Shown piece after piece: positions 7,889 to 16,332 of a DNA stretch of 22,826 nucleotides; the stretch's first letter is position 1, and each line of letters begins with the position of its first letter. Below the pieces are notes generated by a model that worked only from the letters and a program-made list of their open reading frames with translations, ran no database searches and was not told where the DNA came from. Made by a program: the position numbers and the translations under genes. The stretch spans positions 1 through 22,826 of the forward strand of contig JBHGBC010000095.1 of the NCBI GenBank assembly GCA_041946805.1, written 5' to 3'. This stretch comes from a bacterium. Its GTDB lineage: Bacteria > Hinthialibacterota > Hinthialibacteria > Hinthialibacterales > Hinthialibacteraceae.

Positions 7889-9190
7889 TCATTGATTCAA
7901 CTTCGACAGCAATTTCTCGTAACGGGTTTGATAGGTCTGGTTGGCGGGATCGAGGGTCATGGCCATGCGCATGGCATCCACGCTTTCCGGCAGCCGGCCG
8001 TTCACGTAATAGGCATAGCTGAGGAGATCGTAATGCTCCGCGCGGTTCTCTTTTTGGATCACGGTTTCCATGAGTTGCGCCGCCTGCGGGAGGTCCTGGC
8101 CGTTGTTGATCAAAACCCGGGCCAACGCCACCGCGGCCGTTGTGTTTTCGGGGGTGAGGGACAGGACTTTTTCCAGATATCCTTGCGCCTCGCTCCAACG
8201 TTTTTGGTCCGCCAACAGCAGTCCGAGGCCCAGTGAATACCGGGAATCCTGGGGATTCATGGCCAGCAACTCCCGAAACAAGCCGGCGGCCTTGTCGGAT
8301 TCTTTCCGCTCCGTGTACACCTGGGCCAACAGGTAGCGGGCTTTCTCGTTTTTCGGATCCAGGTTCAGGGCTTTGAGATAGTGGCTGATTGATTTGGCGT
8401 CCTGCCCGTAGCGGTACCACAGCGTGCCCACATCGATGTGGGTGGTGACAGCCGCCTGCAAGGCGCGCTCCTGGTCGGAAGGCTGGGGAAGGGCGTCGTA
8501 AATGGCCCGTTCCTCGTCTTTCTTTTGCTGAAAGATTTTCAGCATTTCGTTGGCTTTATCCTGGTTTCCTTGTTTGAGATGCACGCGGGAAAGCAGATAG
8601 TACGGTTCGGGATACCGCGCATCCTGTATCGTGGCCTCTTCCGCGTGGTGGATGGCGTCTTCCAGGCGGTTTCCGGCCAGGTAGCGTTCGGCCAGGTAGA
8701 CGTGGGTCGAAGCGTTGTCCGGATGGTATTGGAGTTCCCGCTCGAAGGCCTGGGTGGCCTCGTCCATACGGTTTAATTTTTGCAGAGAAAGCCCCAGCCG
8801 TTCGTTGGCGCTGGGAGCGTCCGGCTCCAGGGCCAGGGTTTTCTTGTACCATTCCACCGCTTTTTCATCCTGGTTGAGCCGGGCGTATAGAAACGCGGCC
8901 ATTTGCACGATATCCGGCTGGTTGGGTTTGATCGCCAAACCTTTCAGAAAGGCATTGAGGGCGTCCTCGAAGCGCGTGGCCCGGTAATAGACATACCCCT
9001 GTGCGAAGTACGGCTCCGGCGCGTCCGGTTTTTGTTGAATGGTTTCTTGTACTAATTTAAGCGAATAGTCCAGGACCGTTGCGGGGGTGACCTCCTGGCC
9101 AACGGCCGGCGCGGCGGCATGCAGGAGAATCCAGAGGCCACCGCAAACGGAGAAGGTTATGGTGGGAGAGTGGATCGTGCCTGACAGCAT
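7889..9190 (-). CDS. Tetratricopeptide repeat protein, probably exported
   Basis: Many ~34-aa helical repeats ending in P-x-x motifs (LAIKPNQ, LALEPDA, LNLDPKN, LAMNPQD, LSLTPEN, MTLDPAN). Hydrophobic N-terminus. SD AAGGAG on the minus strand. Confidence 0.9.
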   Translation of the reverse strand: MLSGTIHSPTITFSVCGGLWILLHAAAPAVGQEVTPATVLDYSLKLVQETIQQKPDAPEPYFAQGYVYYRATRFEDALNAFLKGLAIKPNQPDIVQMAAFLYARLNQDEKAVEWYKKTLALEPDAPSANERLGLSLQKLNRMDEATQAFERELQYHPDNASTHVYLAERYLAGNRLEDAIHHAEEATIQDARYPEPYYLLSRVHLKQGNQDKANEMLKIFQQKKDEERAIYDALPQPSDQERALQAAVTTHIDVGTLWYRYGQDAKSISHYLKALNLDPKNEKARYLLAQVYTERKESDKAAGLFRELLAMNPQDSRYSLGLGLLLADQKRWSEAQGYLEKVLSLTPENTTAAVALARVLINNGQDLPQAAQLMETVIQKENRAEHYDLLSYAYYVNGRLPESVDAMRMAMTLDPANQTYQTRYEKLLSKLNQ

Positions 9191-9235
9191 GGAGGTCTCC
9201 TTGGTGTGGAATTCCTTTTTTTTATTTCTCTTGCT

Positions 9236-9435
9236 GGAAGGGCGAGGTTCCCTACGAGCCGATTCAAGTTGGTGGGCTACGCTGCGCTTTGAGCCTACCC
9301 TACAACGACTTCGTCCTTGAATGAGGGCGAAAATCCAACTCTGCCCCTGAAAAAAAAACCTAATCCTACCCCTCTCCCGGGGGGAGAGGGAATTTTAGGG
9401 AGAGTGGATTTCATCGATCACTTCGAAGAGATGCG
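9236..9435. repeat. Cluster of REP-like palindromes including family A (9370-9390) and its 3' extension
   Basis: GGAAGGGCGAGGTTCCCTACGAGCC (9236-9260), GGTGGGCTACGCTGCGCTTTGAGCCTACCCTAC (9271-9303), CCCTCTCCC-N3-GGGAGAGGG. Region 9370-9435 aligns with 11864-11926. Confidence 0.65.
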
Positions 9436-9513
9436 AGCTCCTGGCTGAAGCGATCCCTCATTATACCTCATCCCGGGGGGAGGATTCCATATGTATTGGA
9501 CGAGGGAGGGGGG

Positions 9514-9552
9514 AAAAGAAAAAAACATGGGACCGGAAAAGTATCCGGTCCC
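9514..9552 (-). terminator. Rho-independent terminator for the DUF1080 pair
   Basis: Stem GGGACCGGA (9529-9537) / TCCGGTCCC (9544-9552). The A-rich run at 9514-9525 is a U-tract on the minus strand. Confidence 0.7.
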
Positions 9553-9594
9553 GCGGGGTGATGCGGGAAAAATCCTGGTCAAGGAATCCGTGAG

Positions 9595-10254
9595 TTAGGG
9601 AAGGGCCTTGATCCGGATGTTCTTGAAGTAGGCCGCTTTCTTGTAGTCGTTACGCTGGAAGGCGATCCCGCCCTTCTCCAGTTTGTGCTTCAAGCCTTCG
9701 ATCTTGGTAAAGTCCACACCGTCCTGGACCACTTCGCCGTTGATGGTGACCCACAGTTTCGGACCTTCCACCTTGATTTCCACGCTGTTCCATTCGCCAA
9801 CGGGCTTCATGGCGTTCTTTGCGGGAGCGACCTTGCCGAAAATCGCCCCGCTGATCTTTTCGTTCTCCTTCACGCCGGTGTCGTCCGCCAATTGGATTTC
9901 GAAACAGCTCTTGTAGATCTCTTTTTTCGGAGTGTGGAACAACACACCGCTGTTGCCCTTGCCATCCAGCTTCACATCGAAGCGGAGGATGAAGTTCTGG
10001 AATTCTTCCTTGCTGATCACGGCCCAGTAATCCCAGCCGCCCACCGCCAGGACGCCGTCTTCCTGCACCTTGGGACCGGCCTTTTCGAGACCCTGAATCA
10101 ACCATCCATCCAGGTTCTTGCCGTTGAACAGGGGCTTGAAACCCTCTTCCACGTCCTGGGCGGGACTGCCCAGGGGCAGAACCACCGCCGCGCCCGCCAG
10201 CAATATCATTACGGCCATGAAACGATGAATCCAGTTCGATTGCGTCAATGCCAT
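9595..10254 (-). CDS. Secreted DUF1080 (3-keto-disaccharide hydrolase-like) protein, copy A
   Basis: GFKPLFNGKNLDGW, NFILRFDVK, GNSGV, FEIQLAD, KPVGEWN, INGEVV, FKNIRIK. Signal peptide. SD AGGAGG. Confidence 0.92.
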   Translation of the reverse strand: MALTQSNWIHRFMAVMILLAGAAVVLPLGSPAQDVEEGFKPLFNGKNLDGWLIQGLEKAGPKVQEDGVLAVGGWDYWAVISKEEFQNFILRFDVKLDGKGNSGVLFHTPKKEIYKSCFEIQLADDTGVKENEKISGAIFGKVAPAKNAMKPVGEWNSVEIKVEGPKLWVTINGEVVQDGVDFTKIEGLKHKLEKGGIAFQRNDYKKAAYFKNIRIKALP

Positions 10255-10406
10255 GGTATCCTCCTGGTTATGTGGGTCTCGATTTTCCGTGGCCGGTGAC
10301 TCCCCGCCGGGTCTCGCGCCTCAGGGAATACAACTTCCCGGCATTAGAACTTTTTATCCACTTCCCGCTCGTTTTTCAAGGCGCGTGAGTGCCATGAAAA
10401 ACGGGA

Positions 10407-11168
10407 TCAATCCGGCAGGCTCTTGATCCGGATGTCCCGGAAGAAGGCGGCTTTTTTATAGTCGTTGCGCTGGAAGGCGATGCCGCCCCGGTCCAGTTTG
10501 TGCTTCAAGCCTTCGATCTTGGTATAATCCACGCCATCCTGGACCACTTCGCCGTTGATGGTAACCCACAGTTGCGGACCTTCCACCTTGATTTCCACGC
10601 TGTTCCACTCGCCGGCGGGCTTCATGGCGTTTTTCGCGGGCGCCACCTTGCCGAAAATCGCTCCGCTGATTTTTTCGTTCTCCTTCACGCCGGTGTCATC
10701 CGCCAACTGAATTTCAAAGCAGCTTTTATAGATCTCTTTTTTCGGAGTGTGGAACAACACACCGCTGTTGCCCTTGGATTCGAGTTTCACATCGAAACAC
10801 AGGATGAAATTCTTGAAATCCTTCTTGGTGATGACCGCCCAGTAATCCCAGCCGCCCACCGCCAGGACGCCGTCTTCCAGGATTTTCGGCCCGGCTTTTT
10901 CCAATCCCTGGATGACCCAGCCATCCAGGTTCTGGCCGTTGAACAGAGATTCGAATCCTTCCTCGCCGCCCGGAGCCGCCGGTTCCGCGGCTGAAGCCTC
11001 CGCCACGGCTGGGCTAACTACCAGGGACGGTATGGGTAACGGCACATGCACCAGATGGCACCATCCGCCATCTTCCACCGACCATTCCACCGCGTGGGAC
11101 GCAGGCAGGAATAGCCAATAAGCATAGAGAAAGACCATCGATCGTCTTGTGGTTTGGCTCCCAATCAT
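10407..11168 (-). CDS. DUF1080 protein, copy B, with a different and longer N-terminus
   Basis: 162/184 identical to copy A over the domain (manual count). SD AAGGAGG upstream of 11168. Signal-peptide-like start and Ala/Pro linker. Confidence 0.9.
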   Translation of the reverse strand: MIGSQTTRRSMVFLYAYWLFLPASHAVEWSVEDGGWCHLVHVPLPIPSLVVSPAVAEASAAEPAAPGGEEGFESLFNGQNLDGWVIQGLEKAGPKILEDGVLAVGGWDYWAVITKKDFKNFILCFDVKLESKGNSGVLFHTPKKEIYKSCFEIQLADDTGVKENEKISGAIFGKVAPAKNAMKPAGEWNSVEIKVEGPQLWVTINGEVVQDGVDYTKIEGLKHKLDRGGIAFQRNDYKKAAFFRDIRIKSLPD

Positions 11169-11416
11169 GATTTCATCCTCCTTATTCAGATGTTAGATGA
11201 TTTCAAACCCTCGTTTATTCGATAAATGAAGGCGCTTCCTTTGTGTCCGGTTATAAGCCGGATTCAGTCAAGATGTCAAAGGGAGACAGGATGGGAATAA
11301 GTTATATCATGCGAGAATAAACGTTGCGGCCGGTCTTTGCGTTAACAGGGAGGAGCTTGAAATCTTTCTAAGACGAGATGGCATCTAGCGAAAAAGATCC
11401 TGAAATGTACCATATA

Positions 11417-11487
11417 TTGTGACGCAGGCGTTCCGCCTGCAACAATCCCGCCTGCAACAATATCTAATGCAGACAAGATGTCTGCAC
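11417..11487. repeat. Inverted pair of REP-like palindromes, family B, with an internal 14-nt tandem duplication
   Basis: TTGTGACGCAGGCGTTCCGCCTGCA (11417-11441) and TGCAGACAAGATGTCTGCAC (11468-11487). CCGCCTGCAACAAT occurs at 11433 and 11448. A third family copy is at 14245-14269. Confidence 0.65.
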
Positions 11488-11701
11488 GGCCATAAAGAGA
11501 CTTTTTTCCCGCTGCGTCTTCTAAGGGAGAGGCGGGAAATATACGGTTTCTGGTTTATCCGGGTAGTGCGCGCACCCAAGCCATAGGTCCAGGATTGAAA
11601 TCCTATCTGCTCTGAAGAAATACCCGGAAGGGGATTCATTTTCCGATCAGCGATCGATTATACGCAACGGGAAAAAGAGAATAACAGTACAATATGTCTT
11701 T

Positions 11702-11734
11702 CCCTTACCCTGATCCTCTTCCAGAGGGAGAAGG
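11702..11734. repeat. REP-like hairpin, family A (degenerate)
   Basis: CCCTTACCCTGATCCTCTTCCAGAGGGAGAAGG. Confidence 0.65.
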
Positions 11735-11757
11735 AAGTTGGGGGGTATTCGGATTTG

Positions 11758-11968
11758 AGGCTCATCCGGGAAGTGCGTACATAATGAAATAAACTTGATC
11801 CCTTTCATTCCGGGATGAGGGCGGACATCAAGGTCCAGTCCAACAAAACTACCCTCACTCTGGCCCTCTCCCAGAGGGAGAGGGAATTTTGGGGGTGGTT
11901 TTCATTGATCCTTTTGAAGAGATGCGTTCCGGCGATCTCAAGAAAGCACGCACTGGCCGGATGAGCCC
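11758..11968. mobile_element. MITE-like element, copy 2 (211 bp)
   Basis: AGGCTCATCCGGGAAGTGCGTAC (11758-11780) and GCACGCACTGGCCGGATGAGCCC (11946-11968) match 19/23 as inverted repeats. TG flanks both sides. A family-A hairpin sits inside at 11852-11884. Confidence 0.68.
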
Positions 11969-12109
11969 TGAGAGATGGGAGCCGTTTCCTCTCTCAATGG
12001 GTTCTATCCATCTATGCCTTGCGGTACTATCTGCTGGCGGGCCACGGAACCTTGCGCGGTCCTGGATATGACCGGGAGGAAACCGCTCTCCCAGAAACTC
12101 GGTAACGCC

Positions 12110-13372
12110 ATGCCTGCCTATTTCTTTCAACTGGGGCATTGTCCCGACTTGTCCCACGCGGAACTCCTCGCCGCCAGTGCGCGGGTGCCCGGCCGTTTGG
12201 ACAAGATTCAACGAATCGGCGGCATCACGGCGGGGGAGGGCCCCTCCCTCGAGGCGGTCCGCTCCCTGTGCGCGGAATTGGGAGGAACCATCCGGGCGTG
12301 CGAGTGGCTGATCACGCGGGAAGGGATGGAGACTCCGCAAACGGAAATCCTGACTGGAGCGTTGGCGGATATCCAGGCCGACGCCTGGCTGATCGAACGG
12401 TCGAAGCGGCCGGTATTCGGCCTTTCCATTCTGGGAGGCAACGAAGATGCGGGCGCATGCCGGCGCTGGCATGCCGTTCTGCATGACACGGCGTCCTGGC
12501 TCAAGGAGAGGCTGCGGGAGAAGGGCGTCTCCAGCCGGTTCGTGCTGCCCGATCCCGCGAATGATGGAACCTGCCTGGGCGGGGCGCGGGTGGAAAAGAA
12601 CCGGATGTTGGAAGAGGGCGCGGAATTTTGCCTTTATGCTCCACCGGGGCAGGATCTGCTGATCGGCCGCACGGTCTGGTTGCAGGATTACGAGACCTAT
12701 TCCAAACTGGATTACGGGCGGCCGGGCCGGGACGCGCGCAGCGGCCTGTTGCCCCCCAAACTGGCCCGCATGCTGATCAACCTGGCGCGCTTGCCGGAGA
12801 CGGTGACGATATTGGATCCCTTTTGCGGCAGCGGGGGAATTTTGACCGAGGCGGCGCTGCTCGGCTTGTCGGCCACGGGTTTCGATACCAGTGAAAAAGC
12901 CGTGAACGATGCGCTCCGCAACTGGGACTGGCTGCGAAAACAACAGGAAACGCCGGCGGGCGCCGTCCGGGTACAGATAGGCGACGCGCGCCTGTTGCAT
13001 ACCCTGTGCGAGCCGCTGTATTTCGACGCGTGCATCACCGAACCGTACTTGGGTCCGCCGCAAAAACGGCCGCTGAGCCGGGAGGCCTTCGAGAAACTGG
13101 CGGGGCGGCTGGTTCCCTTGTACCTGCGGGCGCTGGGCGAGATCCGCACGGTGGTGAAACCCGGGGGGCGGGTGGTGTTCATCGCGCCCCGGTTCCGCCT
13201 GGCCGGAGAGGAGAAGATCGCCGCCTTGTCCATGTTTTCAGAGATGAAGTTGCAGGGCTACACGGTGTTGGACCCCCTGGCGGGATTCGCGCCGGTGACC
13301 GGAAGAAAAACGCTGATCTATTCGCGGCCGAAGCAATTCGTGCAGCGGGAGATATTTGTATTACAGGCATGA
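12110..13372 (+). CDS. SAM-dependent RNA methyltransferase, Trm11/TrmG10-like (UPF0020)
   Basis: LLPPKLARMLINL, motif I ILDPFCGSGGILTEAALLG, GDARLL, motif IV-like ITEPYLG, VKPGGRVVF. Start moved to ATG 12110 (MPAYFFQLGHCPDLSHAEL) because that segment resembles the family N-terminus as I recall it. The start is uncertain. Confidence 0.8.
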   Translation: MPAYFFQLGHCPDLSHAELLAASARVPGRLDKIQRIGGITAGEGPSLEAVRSLCAELGGTIRACEWLITREGMETPQTEILTGALADIQADAWLIERSKRPVFGLSILGGNEDAGACRRWHAVLHDTASWLKERLREKGVSSRFVLPDPANDGTCLGGARVEKNRMLEEGAEFCLYAPPGQDLLIGRTVWLQDYETYSKLDYGRPGRDARSGLLPPKLARMLINLARLPETVTILDPFCGSGGILTEAALLGLSATGFDTSEKAVNDALRNWDWLRKQQETPAGAVRVQIGDARLLHTLCEPLYFDACITEPYLGPPQKRPLSREAFEKLAGRLVPLYLRALGEIRTVVKPGGRVVFIAPRFRLAGEEKIAALSMFSEMKLQGYTVLDPLAGFAPVTGRKTLIYSRPKQFVQREIFVLQA

Positions 13373-13379
13373 TCCACGG

Positions 13380-14078
13380 ATGAAACCAATCATGGTGGAG
13401 ATTTCATATCAAGACGGCGTGTGTGTCTACCTGGAGCAGTTGCGGGCGCTGGGGATCGAGCGTCTGTACCTGCCGGAGGAAACACTGAAACAGACGCTTC
13501 CGCTGAGCCGCCGGGAACTCCTGGAGCGGCTGCATCACTCGATCAAGGACTGCACGCTTTGCCGTTTGTGCGAGGGGCGGACGCAGGTAGTGTTCGGGAC
13601 GGGGAATCCCAACGCGGAACTCGTGTTCGTGGGCGAAGGACCGGGGGCGGACGAAGACGCCCAGGGGATTCCCTTCGTGGGCCGGGCGGGAAAGCTGTTG
13701 ACGGACATGATTCAGAAAGGGATGCGGCTGAAGCGCGGCGATGTCTATATCTGCAACGTGGTGAAATGCCGGCCGCCGGACAACCGCACGCCTCTGCTGG
13801 ATGAAGCCGCCGCCTGCGAGCCGTTTTTGTTCCAGCAGCTGGAGATCATCCGGCCGAAATACATCGTGGCGCTGGGGAAGCCCGCGGCCCAAACTCTTTT
13901 ACGGACCACGGCTCCGATCAGCCGCCTGCGCGGGCATTGGCAGGACTTCCAGGGAATCAAGGTCATGCCCACCTATCATCCCGCGTATCTATTACGGAAT
14001 CCCGAAGCCAAGCGCGAAGTGTGGGAGGATCTGCAAAAAGTGATGAAGGAAATGGGCTTGCCGGTGAAGGGGCCATGA
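13380..14078 (+). CDS. Uracil-DNA glycosylase, family 4 ([4Fe-4S])
   Basis: [44 protein letters not shown]. Starts 7 nt after the methyltransferase stop (alternative ATG at 13392). Confidence 0.95.
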   Translation: MKPIMVEISYQDGVCVYLEQLRALGIERLYLPEETLKQTLPLSRRELLERLHHSIKDCTLCRLCEGRTQVVFGTGNPNAELVFVGEGPGADEDAQGIPFVGRAGKLLTDMIQKGMRLKRGDVYICNVVKCRPPDNRTPLLDEAAACEPFLFQQLEIIRPKYIVALGKPAAQTLLRTTAPISRLRGHWQDFQGIKVMPTYHPAYLLRNPEAKREVWEDLQKVMKEMGLPVKGP

Positions 14079-14113
14079 GCTATTTTGCCGATATCGGAAA
14101 TCACTCCAAAATC

Positions 14114-14146
14114 CCCTCTCCCTCGGGGAGAGGGCCAGGGTGAGGG
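14114..14146. repeat. REP-like hairpin, family A
   Basis: CCCTCTCCCTCGGGGAGAGGGCCAGGGTGAGGG. Flanking similarity to the 17113 copy extends to GAATTCATCCT. Confidence 0.8.
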
Positions 14147-14213
14147 AAAGCGTGATAGGGCCGAATTCATCCTCAATATCCGCGCAACCGGGTAAATGGA
14201 TACAGGTATGGAT

Positions 14214-14450
14214 GTCATACCCGCGAAAGCGGGGATCCAGCTCCTTGTGATGCAGGCATCTTGCCTGCAGCCAATCCCGCAGGGATTGAACAGGAATAGC
14301 CGGGGGTGACGACCCCCGGGAGGTTACAGGAAGATAGCGATCCCCCAGGGGTCGAATAGGGTATTCATCCCCTTCGGGAGTGGTGCTTTTTTCGTACATA
14401 ACCGTAGGCTGTCGCCTACGGTTATTCACATTCATCTCCTGGGGAGATGA
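14214..14450. repeat. Stack of REP-like elements: GTCATACCCGCGAAAGCGGGGATCCAG, a family B palindrome and a multi-hairpin REPIN-like unit
   Basis: Units at 14214-14240, 14245-14269 and 14273-14450. The last has related inverted ends and the hairpins CCGGGGGT/ACCCCCGG and ACCGTAGGC/GCCTACGGT. Confidence 0.7.
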
Positions 14451-14595
14451 ATTTCAGTTGAGTGAAAAGGACTTTTTGGGTAAAAATAAGCCCTCAGGGA
14501 AAAACGTCCGGAGTGAGGGAAATCGAGGTAAGGCGAACGAAACTTTTTTTCCATCATTCCGGGAACCCATCCCAAGAAAGGATACCCGAATCGCG

Positions 14596-15453
14596 ATGTT
14601 CAGGGCGGTCAGCGTCGTGATTCCCGCATACAATGAGGCGGAATCCATCGGGCCCGTGGTGGATAATATCCATGCGGTGCTGCGGGAGCACGAGCACGAA
14701 ATCATCGTGGTGGATGACGGCTCGCAAGATGGAACCGGGCAAAAGGCCGAAGCGGCCGGCGGGCGGGTGATCCGGCATCACGCCAACCGGGGCTACGGGG
14801 CCTCGTTGAAAACCGGCATCCGGGCGGCGAAGCACGAGTGGATCGTGCTGGCGGACGCCGACGGCCAGCATCAGGCGGAGGATCTGCTCCGGATCCTGGC
14901 GGTGCTGGACGAAGGGTATGACACGGTGATCGGGGCGCGCGAGCCGGGGTCGTTTCAATACGCCGCGCGCATGCCGGGCAAGGCGTTTTTGCAATGGTTC
15001 GCGGGGTACCTGGTATCCGAAAAGCCCCGCGATGTGAACTCGGGATTGCGCGTTTTTCGAAAAGCGGATGTCTTGCGGTATTTCCCCATCCTGCCCAATG
15101 GATTTTCGTTCACCACCACCCTGACCCTGGCGATGCTCAAGGACGCGTACGAGGTGGGGTGGATTTCCATCCAGGCGCGGGCGCGGCAAGGGCGGCGGAG
15201 TAGTGTTTCGATCCAGGACGGCGCGCGGACGCTGCTCTTGATCATCCGCATCGCCATGCTGTTCAATCCGCTCAAGGTGTTCGTGCCGGTCAGTGGATTG
15301 TTATTCGGAGTGGGTTTTCTGTACGCGGTGTGGAACTTGTTCCGGGAATGGAATATCCCCGACGGCGCGGAAACGATGCTGACCGCGGGAATTTTGATCT
15401 TCGTGTTCGGCATGCTGGCTGACCAGGTGGCGTCTATCCGCCGGGGTGGATAA
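14596..15453 (+). CDS. Glycosyltransferase family 2 (polyprenol-phosphate glycosyltransferase-like) with two C-terminal transmembrane helices
   Basis: VSVVIPAYNE, IIVVDDGSQDGT, NRGYGASLKTG, DADGQH, DVNSGLRVF. Start moved to ATG 14596 because the upstream part of the ORF lies in repeat DNA. Confidence 0.92.
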   Translation: MFRAVSVVIPAYNEAESIGPVVDNIHAVLREHEHEIIVVDDGSQDGTGQKAEAAGGRVIRHHANRGYGASLKTGIRAAKHEWIVLADADGQHQAEDLLRILAVLDEGYDTVIGAREPGSFQYAARMPGKAFLQWFAGYLVSEKPRDVNSGLRVFRKADVLRYFPILPNGFSFTTTLTLAMLKDAYEVGWISIQARARQGRRSSVSIQDGARTLLLIIRIAMLFNPLKVFVPVSGLLFGVGFLYAVWNLFREWNIPDGAETMLTAGILIFVFGMLADQVASIRRGG

Positions 15454-16204
15454 GGGCATCGAAGGCCGGCCGTTGCTCCAGGGGCCAAGGGTGATAGGGG
15501 ACGAACACGCGGATGGCGGCCCGTTCCTCGGGCTTGAGCTCCCGGGTCAGGCGGGTGTGGCCGAAAAGGGTTTCCGGCGTGAGATCGCGATAGGGAAGTT
15601 CGGGCACCCGGACCAGGGCGATCCGGTCCCAACCGGGGCCGGCATCCACATGGTATACGATCGCGTCTCCGCGAAGGAATAGCGAATCCAGAAAATACCA
15701 CGTGGCCGCCGGATTCCAGGCCGGGGTAGCGGAGAGGACCGCGCCAAACGCGGGCGGCGCGGGGGCCAGAAGTACACCACGGAATCCGGAGGATGAGGAT
15801 TCGCCGGCCGCGGCGGTTTTCCAGGACACCCACAGGTGCGTTTGAGCCTTGGCGGTGGAAAGATTGGCGGCGGTGACCTCGATCACCCCCACTTTCGCGG
15901 CGGGATTTTCAGTTCCCGCCAGTTGGTGGAAGCGGAACTCGTACTCGCAGGCCTTGTCCCGGGTGACGGCGGCGATTACTCCCCCGGCCAGCGCCTGCCA
16001 CGTGGGGAGGGTTACCGGAACGGGAGTCTCACCGAGTTGGATACGCATCTCGCCGTCCGCGCACCGCAGGGCGGCCTCCGGCGTGAGGAGCAGATCGGCC
16101 GATTTCGGATTTTCGGCGGCATTTGCGGTCCAGGCGAATGGCAGGCAGGCCAAGAGAAGCGTGAGCGGCCATATCGTTTTCCCCCACCAATCCCCGAATA
16201 CCAT
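15434..16204 (-). CDS. Secreted hypothetical protein (~256 aa)
   Basis: Long ORF downstream of rplI with signal peptide WPLTLLLACLPFAWTANA|AE after ATG 16204. The start is uncertain. Its 3' end overlaps the GT2 by 20 nt. Confidence 0.65.
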   Translation of the reverse strand: MVFGDWWGKTIWPLTLLLACLPFAWTANAAENPKSADLLLTPEAALRCADGEMRIQLGETPVPVTLPTWQALAGGVIAAVTRDKACEYEFRFHQLAGTENPAAKVGVIEVTAANLSTAKAQTHLWVSWKTAAAGESSSSGFRGVLLAPAPPAFGAVLSATPAWNPAATWYFLDSLFLRGDAIVYHVDAGPGWDRIALVRVPELPYRDLTPETLFGHTRLTRELKPEERAAIRVFVPYHPWPLEQRPAFDALIHPGG

Positions 16205-16332
16205 CCGATAGATGAAAATAAAAAACCCTGGGAACGTCCAGTGGACAGTTTCCAGGGCCCGGTTCGCCTGGAGGAAAATTTGGAGAATGGGCATAGCCGG
16301 CATGGCCGCCGCAGGGAATCCGCGTCCCGAGG

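Noticed and set aside
7331..11270. TATAA(G)CCGGATTC at 7331 and 11252 as ends of another element
   Set aside because: The matches are short and in the same orientation, with no paired inverted end found.
11855..13063. 402-aa minus-strand ORF (likewise 5551-6690, 1386-2177 and 3229-3972)
   Set aside because: These are antisense to well-supported genes and have no recognisable domains. The 11855 ORF ends inside repeat DNA.
12110..14078. Restriction-modification or anti-phage system (methyltransferase plus glycosylase)
   Set aside because: The UDG is a canonical family-4 repair enzyme, the methyltransferase looks RNA-type, and no nuclease is present.
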